Positions 25,295 to 32,000 of a stretch of 32,000 nt of DNA are shown piece after piece. The notes beneath the pieces were generated by a model. The model did no database searches, was not told the origin of the DNA, and was given only the letters and a program-made list of their open reading frames with translations. The DNA is from an uncultured archaeon (GTDB taxonomy: Archaea; Iainarchaeota; Iainarchaeia; Iainarchaeales; JAAZKV01), in NCBI GenBank assembly GCA_964551375.1, contig CAZKBG010000001.1, positions 480,001-512,000 on the forward strand. Reading direction: 5' to 3'. Each line of letters starts with the position of its first letter. Within the stretch, counting starts at the first letter, position 1. The position numbers and the translations under genes were made by a program.

Positions 25295-25990
25295 ATGCCT
25301 AAATTACATTCAAACAGGGCAATGCAACAGGAAAGAATACGCGCAAGCCAGAAACAGCTTCAGCTTTTGAGAAGAAAAGAAAAAATAAAAGGCCCAAAGT
25401 TTGAGGCAAACGGAAAACATTTCCAGCAGCAAAACAGATTAAGAACGCTTCTTGAGAGAGTGCGCCCAAGAGCAATGAAGCCCCAGCAGGAATTTGGAAC
25501 AGGAGTGGACTTTGTATTCGCTGGGAAAAAGATTGATTTTAAGTTTGGATTTGGAACACTCGGACACAACACAATAAGCGTGAGAATGAACGGAAATGAA
25601 CTCATAAACAAATCAGACTGGACAATGGTATGCAACGAACGCGGAGACATAATCATATTTGGGACAGACAGGATACGCGACTTTGTAAAAATGAACAGAA
25701 GCAAAATGAAGCAAAATATGTTTCTAAATAAAGGCACTTATACAATGCACAGAATCCCATTAAGCGAAATGCTTGGGGAAACAAGATACACTGGGAACAT
25801 ACGCTCGGGAAAAGGAATCCTTAAAGCATTAAAAAAAATGAACCGAATTGACAACCCGAATATGCCTGCCAAAAGCCCTTTTTTAGGACTAGGACAAAGC
25901 AAAGCTGAACGGATAAGGATTGCGCAATCTTTCACACGAATGGGCGCGCCGCCGCAAAGGCCGAGATTTGACCGCAGAATAGGCAGATGA
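25295..25990 (+). CDS. hypothetical protein, orphan family B (paralog 1)
   Basis: ATG lies 3 nt after the trpS stop. Basic N- and C-termini. Central block GVDFVFAGKKIDFKFGFGTLGHNTISVR...NKSDWTM is shared with the next gene. Confidence 0.6.
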   Translation: MPKLHSNRAMQQERIRASQKQLQLLRRKEKIKGPKFEANGKHFQQQNRLRTLLERVRPRAMKPQQEFGTGVDFVFAGKKIDFKFGFGTLGHNTISVRMNGNELINKSDWTMVCNERGDIIIFGTDRIRDFVKMNRSKMKQNMFLNKGTYTMHRIPLSEMLGETRYTGNIRSGKGILKALKKMNRIDNPNMPAKSPFLGLGQSKAERIRIAQSFTRMGAPPQRPRFDRRIGR

Positions 25991-26028
25991 AAATAATTAT
26001 AAACAAGAAGCGTGTTAAAAGGTAAATA

Positions 26029-26673
26029 ATGTTTGATGCCCCAAACAATGCCTTACTGTTGGAACTTTTTTTAGAGCACACTCGCGCCAAAAATTGCAGG
26101 AAAATTTCTTTTAGAAAAAAAATCCAGCAGAAAATAAACCCAACCTGCATGGAGCAGAACAAAATGCGTTCAGTGCTTTTGGAAATGATTCCAAAAGAAA
26201 TGGAAATAATAGAAGACGCGCATTTTGGAGTGGATTATTTATACCGCGGAATAAAAATTGACCAAAAGTTTTCATTCGGCGCGCTTGGAAAAAATACCAT
26301 CAAAATCAGGGTAAAAAACAGAAGGCTTGTGAATAACTCTGACTGGACAATGATAATAAACAAAAACTGGGAGCTTGAATTCTTTGAAACCGGAAAGCTT
26401 GAAGAATTTGTGCGAAAGAACTGGAGCACTGTTCAGAAAAGACTTGTTGAAAAGAAAAAATATTACGCAGAGTATTCAATAAAGCTTGATGAACTTTACC
26501 AGCTTGAAAAAATCGAGCCTCTGAAGGCAAATCTTGAAAAAGAAATGCTGATTAACGGGCTTAGCCAAATTGAGTTTATTGAAAATGAAAAAGAGCTCCC
26601 CCAAACACAGCTCGTGTTTGATGACTCAATTCTAAAAAGAAGCGTTCTAACTCTCGCACACAAAAGCCCTTAA
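26029..26673 (+). CDS. hypothetical protein, orphan family B (paralog 2)
   Basis: Central block GVDYLYRGIKIDQKFSFGALGKNTIKIR...NNSDWTM. About 30 of 63 hand-aligned positions are identical to 25295..25990. The start could be a later in-frame Met. Confidence 0.6.
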   Translation: MFDAPNNALLLELFLEHTRAKNCRKISFRKKIQQKINPTCMEQNKMRSVLLEMIPKEMEIIEDAHFGVDYLYRGIKIDQKFSFGALGKNTIKIRVKNRRLVNNSDWTMIINKNWELEFFETGKLEEFVRKNWSTVQKRLVEKKKYYAEYSIKLDELYQLEKIEPLKANLEKEMLINGLSQIEFIENEKELPQTQLVFDDSILKRSVLTLAHKSP

Positions 26674-26695
26674 ATATTACTCTACTTTATTAATT

Positions 26696-27208
26696 ATGCA
26701 AAAACTAAAACTAACCCTTCACACCGCAAAAGAAGAGGATGCCGACTTTGTTTATGAAATGATGCAAGATGAGGATTACAGGAAGCATTACCTTGAGAGA
26801 CTTATTTTTAAAAACGTGGATGACGCAAAGAGCGACATTAATCAATCTATTAAAGACGCTAAAAGAGGAACAAGATTTTACTTTATAGTAAGACGGGGAA
26901 AAGAAAATATTGGAATACTTGATGTTTATAAAATCAGCAAATCTGACAAAAAAGCATCAATAGGATATGGAATAAAAAAAGAATGTTGGGGAAGCGGGAT
27001 AGGAAGCGAAGTGTGCAAACTGGGGCTTGAATTTATTGAAAAAAAGCTGAAACTGCACTCGGTTGAAGCGACTGCTGATCCATTGAATAAAGCAAGCCAC
27101 AGAGTTCTTGAAAAAAACGGGTTTAAACTGCTCGCAACTGTAAAAGATTACTACTATGATAGAGGAAAATTCATTGACAGGGCGATTTATTGGAAAGTAT
27201 TTGAATAA
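26696..27208 (+). CDS. GNAT family N-acetyltransferase (RimJ/RimL-like)
   Basis: IGILDVYKIS...ASIGYGIKKECWGSGIGSEVCKLGLEFIEKKLKLHSVEATADPLNKASHRVLEKNGFKL, which includes the acetyl-CoA motif A. Confidence 0.85.
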   Translation: MQKLKLTLHTAKEEDADFVYEMMQDEDYRKHYLERLIFKNVDDAKSDINQSIKDAKRGTRFYFIVRRGKENIGILDVYKISKSDKKASIGYGIKKECWGSGIGSEVCKLGLEFIEKKLKLHSVEATADPLNKASHRVLEKNGFKLLATVKDYYYDRGKFIDRAIYWKVFE

Positions 27209-27301
27209 ATGAGTCAGAACATTTATTCATTGGATTTGAAGAAGAGAAAGTTTCTGCAACAAAAGCGTTTTTAGAGCTAATAATATCCCAAATAAGACTT
27301 A

Positions 27302-27315
27302 TCTGGCAAGCCAGA
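27302..27315. promoter_or_regulatory. perfect 6-bp palindrome (TCTGGC-AA-GCCAGA), possible operator upstream of the wHTH/V4R pair
   Basis: Read directly from the sequence. It lies about 20 nt upstream of a TATA-like cTATAAT (about 27334-40) and 43 nt upstream of ATG 27358. Confidence 0.25.
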
Positions 27316-27357
27316 ACAAATGTATTAAATACAGCTATAATCAATACTAAGTGCAAT

Positions 27358-27708
27358 ATGCCAAAGAAACTATCTGTCATGCCAGATTTACTTGGAATTA
27401 CAGGACTTGAGAAAGAGATATACCTTTATGTAATTGACAACTGGCCTACTACCCCCATAGAAATTGCATTGCAGAGAAATGAAGACATATCAGACAGGGA
27501 CAAGAAAAGACGCGCAAGCACAAAATACGCTTATTATGTCAAAAAACTTGTTGGAAAAAAACTCCTTCTTTCAAAAAAAGCAGGAAACAGCATAATTGTA
27601 TGGCCCGTTTTGGCTGAAAAATACAGAACAATTCATAATATTCTGAAAAATCATGAGCCTGAGCACATCGCGGCAATAAACACTCACACAGGTGAGAAAC
27701 TTGCTTAA
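27358..27708 (+). CDS. small winged-helix DNA-binding protein
   Basis: LGITGLEKEIYLYVIDNWPTTPIEIAL...YYVKKLVGKKLLLSKKAGNSIIVWP has a wHTH pattern. 116 aa. Confidence 0.5.
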   Translation: MPKKLSVMPDLLGITGLEKEIYLYVIDNWPTTPIEIALQRNEDISDRDKKRRASTKYAYYVKKLVGKKLLLSKKAGNSIIVWPVLAEKYRTIHNILKNHEPEHIAAINTHTGEKLA

Positions 27709-28264
27709 CACTTTTTATGATAAATTCCTATTCACTAACACCCTAAAGTACCAGCACAATAACTTCTATCTTCTTAACATGCCATTTTTGATGATGCCGG
27801 TGGATGTAATCGCCGCGCTTTTGGAAATTTCAGACACTGAATTTCAAAAAAAGATTTATACTGCAATAAAAATGCACACAAAAGAGAACCTTCTTCAGCA
27901 ATTCAGCCTTACTCTCGGAGTTGATAAAAAAAAGGAGCTTGATTTGCTCAAAGACTACTTTACCGCATCAGGATGGGGAAATTTGCAGACAATTGACCTC
28001 GAATTTGAAACAAAAAGAGCAATAATTCTTGTGGAGAACTCGCCTTTTGCAGCTGCGCTGAAAGGAAAAAGCGCTAGTCCGGTAGATACCTTCCTAAGAG
28101 GAGTGCTTGCAGGACTATTTTCAAAAATATTCAACGAAGACATTGACTGCGTGGAAGTTGAGTGCCTTGCGCAGAACAGCGAAAGGTGCAAATTCATAAT
28201 AAAACCAAAAACAGAATTTGACTTTACAAATGCAATAGTGCAACAGCAATTAAGCGCGGATTAA
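27692..28264 (+). CDS. V4R (4-vinyl reductase-type) small-molecule-binding domain protein
   Basis: N-terminal TFYDKFLFTNTLKYQHNNFYLLNMPFLMMP and C-terminal FLRGVLAGLFSKIF...VEVECLAQNSERCKFIIKPK (E..C....C.F) are typical of V4R proteins. The GTG start overlaps the upstream gene by 17 nt. Confidence 0.6.
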   Translation: MRNLLNTFYDKFLFTNTLKYQHNNFYLLNMPFLMMPVDVIAALLEISDTEFQKKIYTAIKMHTKENLLQQFSLTLGVDKKKELDLLKDYFTASGWGNLQTIDLEFETKRAIILVENSPFAAALKGKSASPVDTFLRGVLAGLFSKIFNEDIDCVEVECLAQNSERCKFIIKPKTEFDFTNAIVQQQLSAD

Positions 28265-28266
28265 AA

Positions 28267-29550
28267 TCAAGCCTTTGAAATCTTGATTTCAGTTTTTCCG
28301 CCCATGTACTGCTGAAGAGCTTTTGGAATTCTAATAGTGCCATCCTTAGTCTGATGATTTTCAATAATTGCCCTAAGCATCCTTGGAACAGCAACTTCAG
28401 TCGCGTTTAAAGTATGGACAAATTCTTTATCATTACCTTTTCTAACCTTAATATTCAATCTTGTTGCCTGGTAAGAAGAGCAATTACTCAATGAATGTGT
28501 TTCAAAATATTTGCCCTCTCTTGGAGACCAGCACTCAATATCATATTTTTTAGAAGCAACAGTCCCAATATCCCCAGTGCAAATCTTCACAACCCTATAC
28601 GGCAGTTCCATTGCTTTTACAAATTCTTCAGCATTTTTTACAAGAACCTCATGCCACTTCGCGCTGTCCTTTGAATCACAGAAAACAATCTGCTCTACCT
28701 TGTCAAACTGATGAAGCCTAAATAGCCCTCTTTCTTCAAGCCCATGCTTTCCGCCTTCCTTTCTAAAATTCATTGAATAGCCCGTGTAAAGCAAAGGCAG
28801 ATCCTTTTCTTCAAAAGTTTCATCCATGTGCATTGCAGTCAAAGGATGCTCGGCAGTCGCAATCAGGTAATGATCTTCGCCGTCAATTTTATACATCACA
28901 CTTTCAAAATCAGCAAGGTCAGTCACACCCATATACGCTTTCTTTGTCATCATATAAGGAGGAATTACAAGCTTAAACCCCTGATTTGACAATGAATTTA
29001 TGGCAAAATTAACTATTGCGATATTTAATAGAGCCAAATCGCCTTTTAACGCATAAAATCCTTCGCCAGCAATCTTAACCGCTCTGTCAAAATCAGCAAC
29101 GCCAAGCTTAACTGCAAGCTGACCATGATGAACCACAGCAAAATCTTTTTTCTTAACTTCACCAACGGTTCTTACTACAACATTTTCATCTCCGCTCTTT
29201 CCATAAGGCACGTCATCAAGAAGCATGTTTGGAATGCTCATTAAAAGAAGCTTATTCTCTTCCTCAAGCTGCTTAACTCTCTCTTCCTTTGATTTAATCT
29301 TGGCAGGAAGCAATTTTGCTTTTTCTAAAAGCTTTTTAGTATCAAGCCCTTTGCCCTTGGCAAGCTTAATTTCTTCAGTAACAGCGTTTCTTTTTGCCCT
29401 TAGTTCATCAACTTCGGCTTTAAGAGTGCGCCACTCTTTATCCTGATTAACCCACGCGTCAAATGATGATAGGATTGCGTCATTATGTCTCTTTGACAAG
29501 TTTTCCCTAACTGCTTTAGGATTTTCTCTAATAATTTTTGGGTCAATCAA
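28267..29550 (-). CDS. serS: seryl-tRNA synthetase (bacterial-like type)
   Basis: MIDPKIIRENPKAVRENL, N-terminal coiled-coil arm, and class II motifs (FRKEGGKHG..RGLFRLHQFDKVE; GDIGTVASKKYDIECW; TLNATEVAVPRMLRAIIENHQ). TTG start immediately preceded by an in-frame TGA. Confidence 0.92.
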   Translation of the reverse strand: MIDPKIIRENPKAVRENLSKRHNDAILSSFDAWVNQDKEWRTLKAEVDELRAKRNAVTEEIKLAKGKGLDTKKLLEKAKLLPAKIKSKEERVKQLEEENKLLLMSIPNMLLDDVPYGKSGDENVVVRTVGEVKKKDFAVVHHGQLAVKLGVADFDRAVKIAGEGFYALKGDLALLNIAIVNFAINSLSNQGFKLVIPPYMMTKKAYMGVTDLADFESVMYKIDGEDHYLIATAEHPLTAMHMDETFEEKDLPLLYTGYSMNFRKEGGKHGLEERGLFRLHQFDKVEQIVFCDSKDSAKWHEVLVKNAEEFVKAMELPYRVVKICTGDIGTVASKKYDIECWSPREGKYFETHSLSNCSSYQATRLNIKVRKGNDKEFVHTLNATEVAVPRMLRAIIENHQTKDGTIRIPKALQQYMGGKTEIKISKA

Positions 29551-29647
29551 TCATATCACCAAAATAATGATACTCCAATAAATTATTAAACGGATTTTGC
29601 CCCGGCAGGCGCAACTAATATAGTATATAAACAGGATACGCGAAAAT

Positions 29648-30637
29648 ATGTGCATGAAAGGAAAAACAATACTGGCTGATTTGCACACTCATTTAAATGA
29701 GAAAAAAATTGACCCAAAAGAATGGTGGGCTGCGGTAAAACAAAAAAAGCTAAGCATAATCGCAATAACCGAACACTCATATTATTCCCCAAAAGAAGCA
29801 TATTTGAAACTAAAAAAAATCCAGCCGAAAGGAATACTGCTTATTCCAGGAGTGGAAGCTAAAACAAGCGCAGGGGATTTATTAATTTACGGAGAAGACG
29901 AAAGCATTTACGATACTGAAGATATTTTTGAAAAAGGAGTTAATGTTGACAAAGCCCTAACTGCGGTAAAGAAACATAATTTGTTGGCTAGTTTTGCCCA
30001 CCCGCACGGATTCAAACTTGACTCAATATGCGAAGCCCTTGGAGAAAAAGAAGCCCTAAAACTTGTAAAAAAATACCAAACAGGAGCAGAGTACTATAAT
30101 GGAATGCTTGCAAGCGCAAACCAACTATTGTTTGGCAGAAAAATAATAAAGAAATTTTATGGACTGCTTGATTTTATGGACCATAACAGAGCGACAAGCG
30201 GGCTTAAAATAAACAAGCCAACCCACTGGACAAAATCAAAACTGGAAAAAATTGCCCTCCAAACAATTGAAAGAGTAAGACAGGGAATGCTTTTTGCGGA
30301 AAAAGCAAAATTTATCACGGTCGGAAGCGATGCGCACTACCCAAGATCCATAGGAAGCTCGGTAATTGAGATGAAAAGAATGCCAAAAAATGAAAAAGAA
30401 TTTCTAACAATGCTCAAAAACAAAGAAATTTTGTGGGCCGGGCCAAATATTCACTCGCACAATCCGGTTGACAGAGTGGGAAGAAAAGAAATTTTTGAAG
30501 GATTAGTGTATTTAACCAAGAAAAAAATTTTAAAAAAGCCAAAAATAAGGATTGTGAAGAAAATTAGGCATAAAATCCTTCAGAGGAAAGGAATAAAAAG
30601 AAGTAAAAAGATAAGTAAGAAGGCAAAAGGTCAATAA
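29648..30637 (+). CDS. PHP-domain metal-dependent phosphoesterase with a Lys/Arg-rich C-terminal tail
   Basis: PHP ligand pattern ADLHTHLNE ... IAITEHS ... AHPHG ... GSDAHY. The last roughly 40 aa read KKKILKKPKIRIVKKIRHKILQRKGIKRSKKISKKAKGQ. Confidence 0.65.
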   Translation: MCMKGKTILADLHTHLNEKKIDPKEWWAAVKQKKLSIIAITEHSYYSPKEAYLKLKKIQPKGILLIPGVEAKTSAGDLLIYGEDESIYDTEDIFEKGVNVDKALTAVKKHNLLASFAHPHGFKLDSICEALGEKEALKLVKKYQTGAEYYNGMLASANQLLFGRKIIKKFYGLLDFMDHNRATSGLKINKPTHWTKSKLEKIALQTIERVRQGMLFAEKAKFITVGSDAHYPRSIGSSVIEMKRMPKNEKEFLTMLKNKEILWAGPNIHSHNPVDRVGRKEIFEGLVYLTKKKILKKPKIRIVKKIRHKILQRKGIKRSKKISKKAKGQ

Positions 30638-30690
30638 TTAGGACAAAAAATTGAAAGCTTTTGTTAAAAAAATAAAAAAAGGTTGGGAAA

Positions 30691-31098
30691 ATGAAGTACG
30701 CGGTGACTGAGAGCACTAATGTTGAAAATATTCCTCGCGACACAACCGAAATTCATCTTGTAAGGCCAATTAAATGGGATAAAATCCAGACTCTTATTCA
30801 AAAATGCCCAATAAAAATGATTACTCTATCCACTTCCTGCCTTAAGCGACTTCCAAGAAAGACGCAGAAGAGATTAAAGGAAAAAGGCGTGTCAATGGCA
30901 ATAGAAAAAAGAAGAGGAAGGGCAATTGATATACCCATGGAGAAGATGCTTCAGATAATTGAGCTTAGAAAAGATTACCAGACTGTGCGAGAGATTGAAA
31001 AAATCACAGGAGTACCAAAATCAACAGTACACTATTTGATAAAATACGCTGACAGAGGAAAGATTAAGAAAGGGAATAATGTAGTTTATCTAAAATAG
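30691..31098 (+). CDS. small protein with a C-terminal HTH
   Basis: YQTVREIEKITGVPKSTVHYLIKYA is a resolvase/Hin-like HTH. The N-terminal 80 aa are unrecognised. Confidence 0.45.
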   Translation: MKYAVTESTNVENIPRDTTEIHLVRPIKWDKIQTLIQKCPIKMITLSTSCLKRLPRKTQKRLKEKGVSMAIEKRRGRAIDIPMEKMLQIIELRKDYQTVREIEKITGVPKSTVHYLIKYADRGKIKKGNNVVYLK

Positions 31099-31193
31099 CC
31101 AAATAAAACAGCAAAAACAGCCTGATTTTAAATAAAAATTAAAAAAATAATCTCCTGAAAAGGAATTAATACCCAAAAAGCACCTAATTTATC

Positions 31194-32000
31194 ATGGCGC
31201 TTGATGCAAAAACACTTGCTTACGTAAAAACAGCCAAGAGAATTGAGAAAGAATTTGGCGTAAAAGCATGCGTTATAAGAAAAAATGAAAAAAGCATGAT
31301 TCCTTGGATTACAAGCTCTGAAGGATTTGCAATTTATATTATCGCAGGACAGGAAAAAAGGGAAATTGTTGAAAAGATACACCAAAAATATCAAATGAGC
31401 GGGGTAATGGTGCAGCACATGTACCCTGTGGAAGAAATGCTCAAAATAATAAGAGCAAATCCAGCCAGAATACGAAACGAACTTGGGGGAATGGGCTTCT
31501 TAGTTCCTTTCTTTTTCAATGAAGAAGTTTACGGCAAATACTCCGCGGAGTTCACTGAAAAATTCAAAGCGGAATTTGGACCTCAACTCAACAGGGAAAT
31601 AAACGCACGGCTTGAAAGACTTGCGCAGTCGGAAAAGCGAAGCGTAGAACAATATAATGCATTCATGAGAAGAGTAAAAGAAAGAGAAAAAAGGCTTGTA
31701 GGGCCGATTGAAGAAAGAGACTTAAGCAGACAAATGAAGGAAATGGCTGAACACATAAACAAAAAGAAAGGAAAAGTGCTCATTGTTCTTGACAAATCAG
31801 GAAGGCCGCTTGGAATACCATTAAAGAAAATTCTTAGAGAAGCATACAAGCGGGATGTGAAGGTATTTTTCCTCGACCCAAAAAAAGCACGTGTGGCAGG
31901 AATTGAAAAACTAACCCTTGCAAGCGAAAGCGCAAAAACTCTTGCAAAAGAGCACCCTTATTTAGTAAAAGCTGTAAGAAACAAGCAAGTAATGCTTGTG
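31194..32000 (+). CDS. hypothetical protein, 5' part (open to the right window edge); not in the ORF track
   Basis: I translated 269 codons from ATG 31194 with no stop (MALDAKTLAYVKTAKRIEKEFGVKACVIRK...KEHPYLVKAVRNKQVMLV). The coding strand is purine-rich like other genes. The two minus-strand track ORFs here (31128..31418, 31583..31849) are its antisense shadows. The tail KGKVLIVLDKSGRPLGIPL...VKVFFLD is faintly PRTase-like. Confidence 0.6.
   Translation, partial: MALDAKTLAYVKTAKRIEKEFGVKACVIRKNEKSMIPWITSSEGFAIYIIAGQEKREIVEKIHQKYQMSGVMVQHMYPVEEMLKIIRANPARIRNELGGMGFLVPFFFNEEVYGKYSAEFTEKFKAEFGPQLNREINARLERLAQSEKRSVEQYNAFMRRVKEREKRLVGPIEERDLSRQMKEMAEHINKKKGKVLIVLDKSGRPLGIPLKKILREAYKRDVKVFFLDPKKARVAGIEKLTLASESAKTLAKEHPYLVKAVRNKQVMLV

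Noticed and set aside
22143-25935. Minus-strand ORFs inside the orphan genes (22143..22541, 23524..23757, 25360..25737, 25738..25935) as alternatives to the plus-strand calls.
   Set aside because: The plus-strand ORFs are longer, occur as alignable paralog pairs and have sensible starts and spacing. The minus-strand products are hydrophobic low-complexity shadows.
1-32000. Search for CRISPR repeats, IS/transposase or integrase genes, toxin-antitoxin pairs, and rRNA.
   Set aside because: No regularly spaced direct repeats, no DDE, tyrosine- or serine-recombinase motifs, and no rRNA-like conserved strings were seen by eye. The only HTH-rich small genes lack recognisable toxin partners.

Overview
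AT-rich, tightly packed archaeal chromosomal segment of about 40 genes. The archaeal assignment rests on a class I LysRS, the nop5-fibrillarin pair, an NMD3-like protein, a beta-CASP RNase, geranylgeranyl-reductase paralogs and TATA-like boxes about 25 nt upstream of RNA and leaderless genes. Short proteins, missing domains and many orphan genes suggest a reduced-genome (DPANN-like) archaeon; that part is inference. The core content is translation and RNA processing: GlyRS, Nop5, fibrillarin, tRNA-Arg(CCU), class I LysRS, tRNA-Trp(CCA), TrpRS, SerRS, an NMD3-like protein, a beta-CASP RNase, MGMT and a GNAT. Small sensor/regulator modules are interspersed: two wHTH genes followed by a FIST gene, a KaiC-like ATPase - membrane protein - Roadblock/LC7 cluster followed by two GGR paralogs, and a wHTH + V4R pair. 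I found no CRISPR array, transposase, integrase or rRNA. Most noteworthy are: (1) a class I LysRS carrying a C-terminal B3/B4 (PheRS-beta editing-type) domain; (2) two pairs of tandem orphan paralogs bracketing a structured RNA candidate, tRNA-Trp and trpS; (3) the KaiC-membrane-Roadblock-GGR cluster; (4) a Nop5 lacking the fibrillarin-binding N-terminal domain. Two real-looking ORFs are absent from the supplied track: one runs off the right edge (31194..32000) and one is a 55-codon ORF (12480..12647). The first ORF is open to the left edge. All family calls come from motif recognition by eye. No database search was run.
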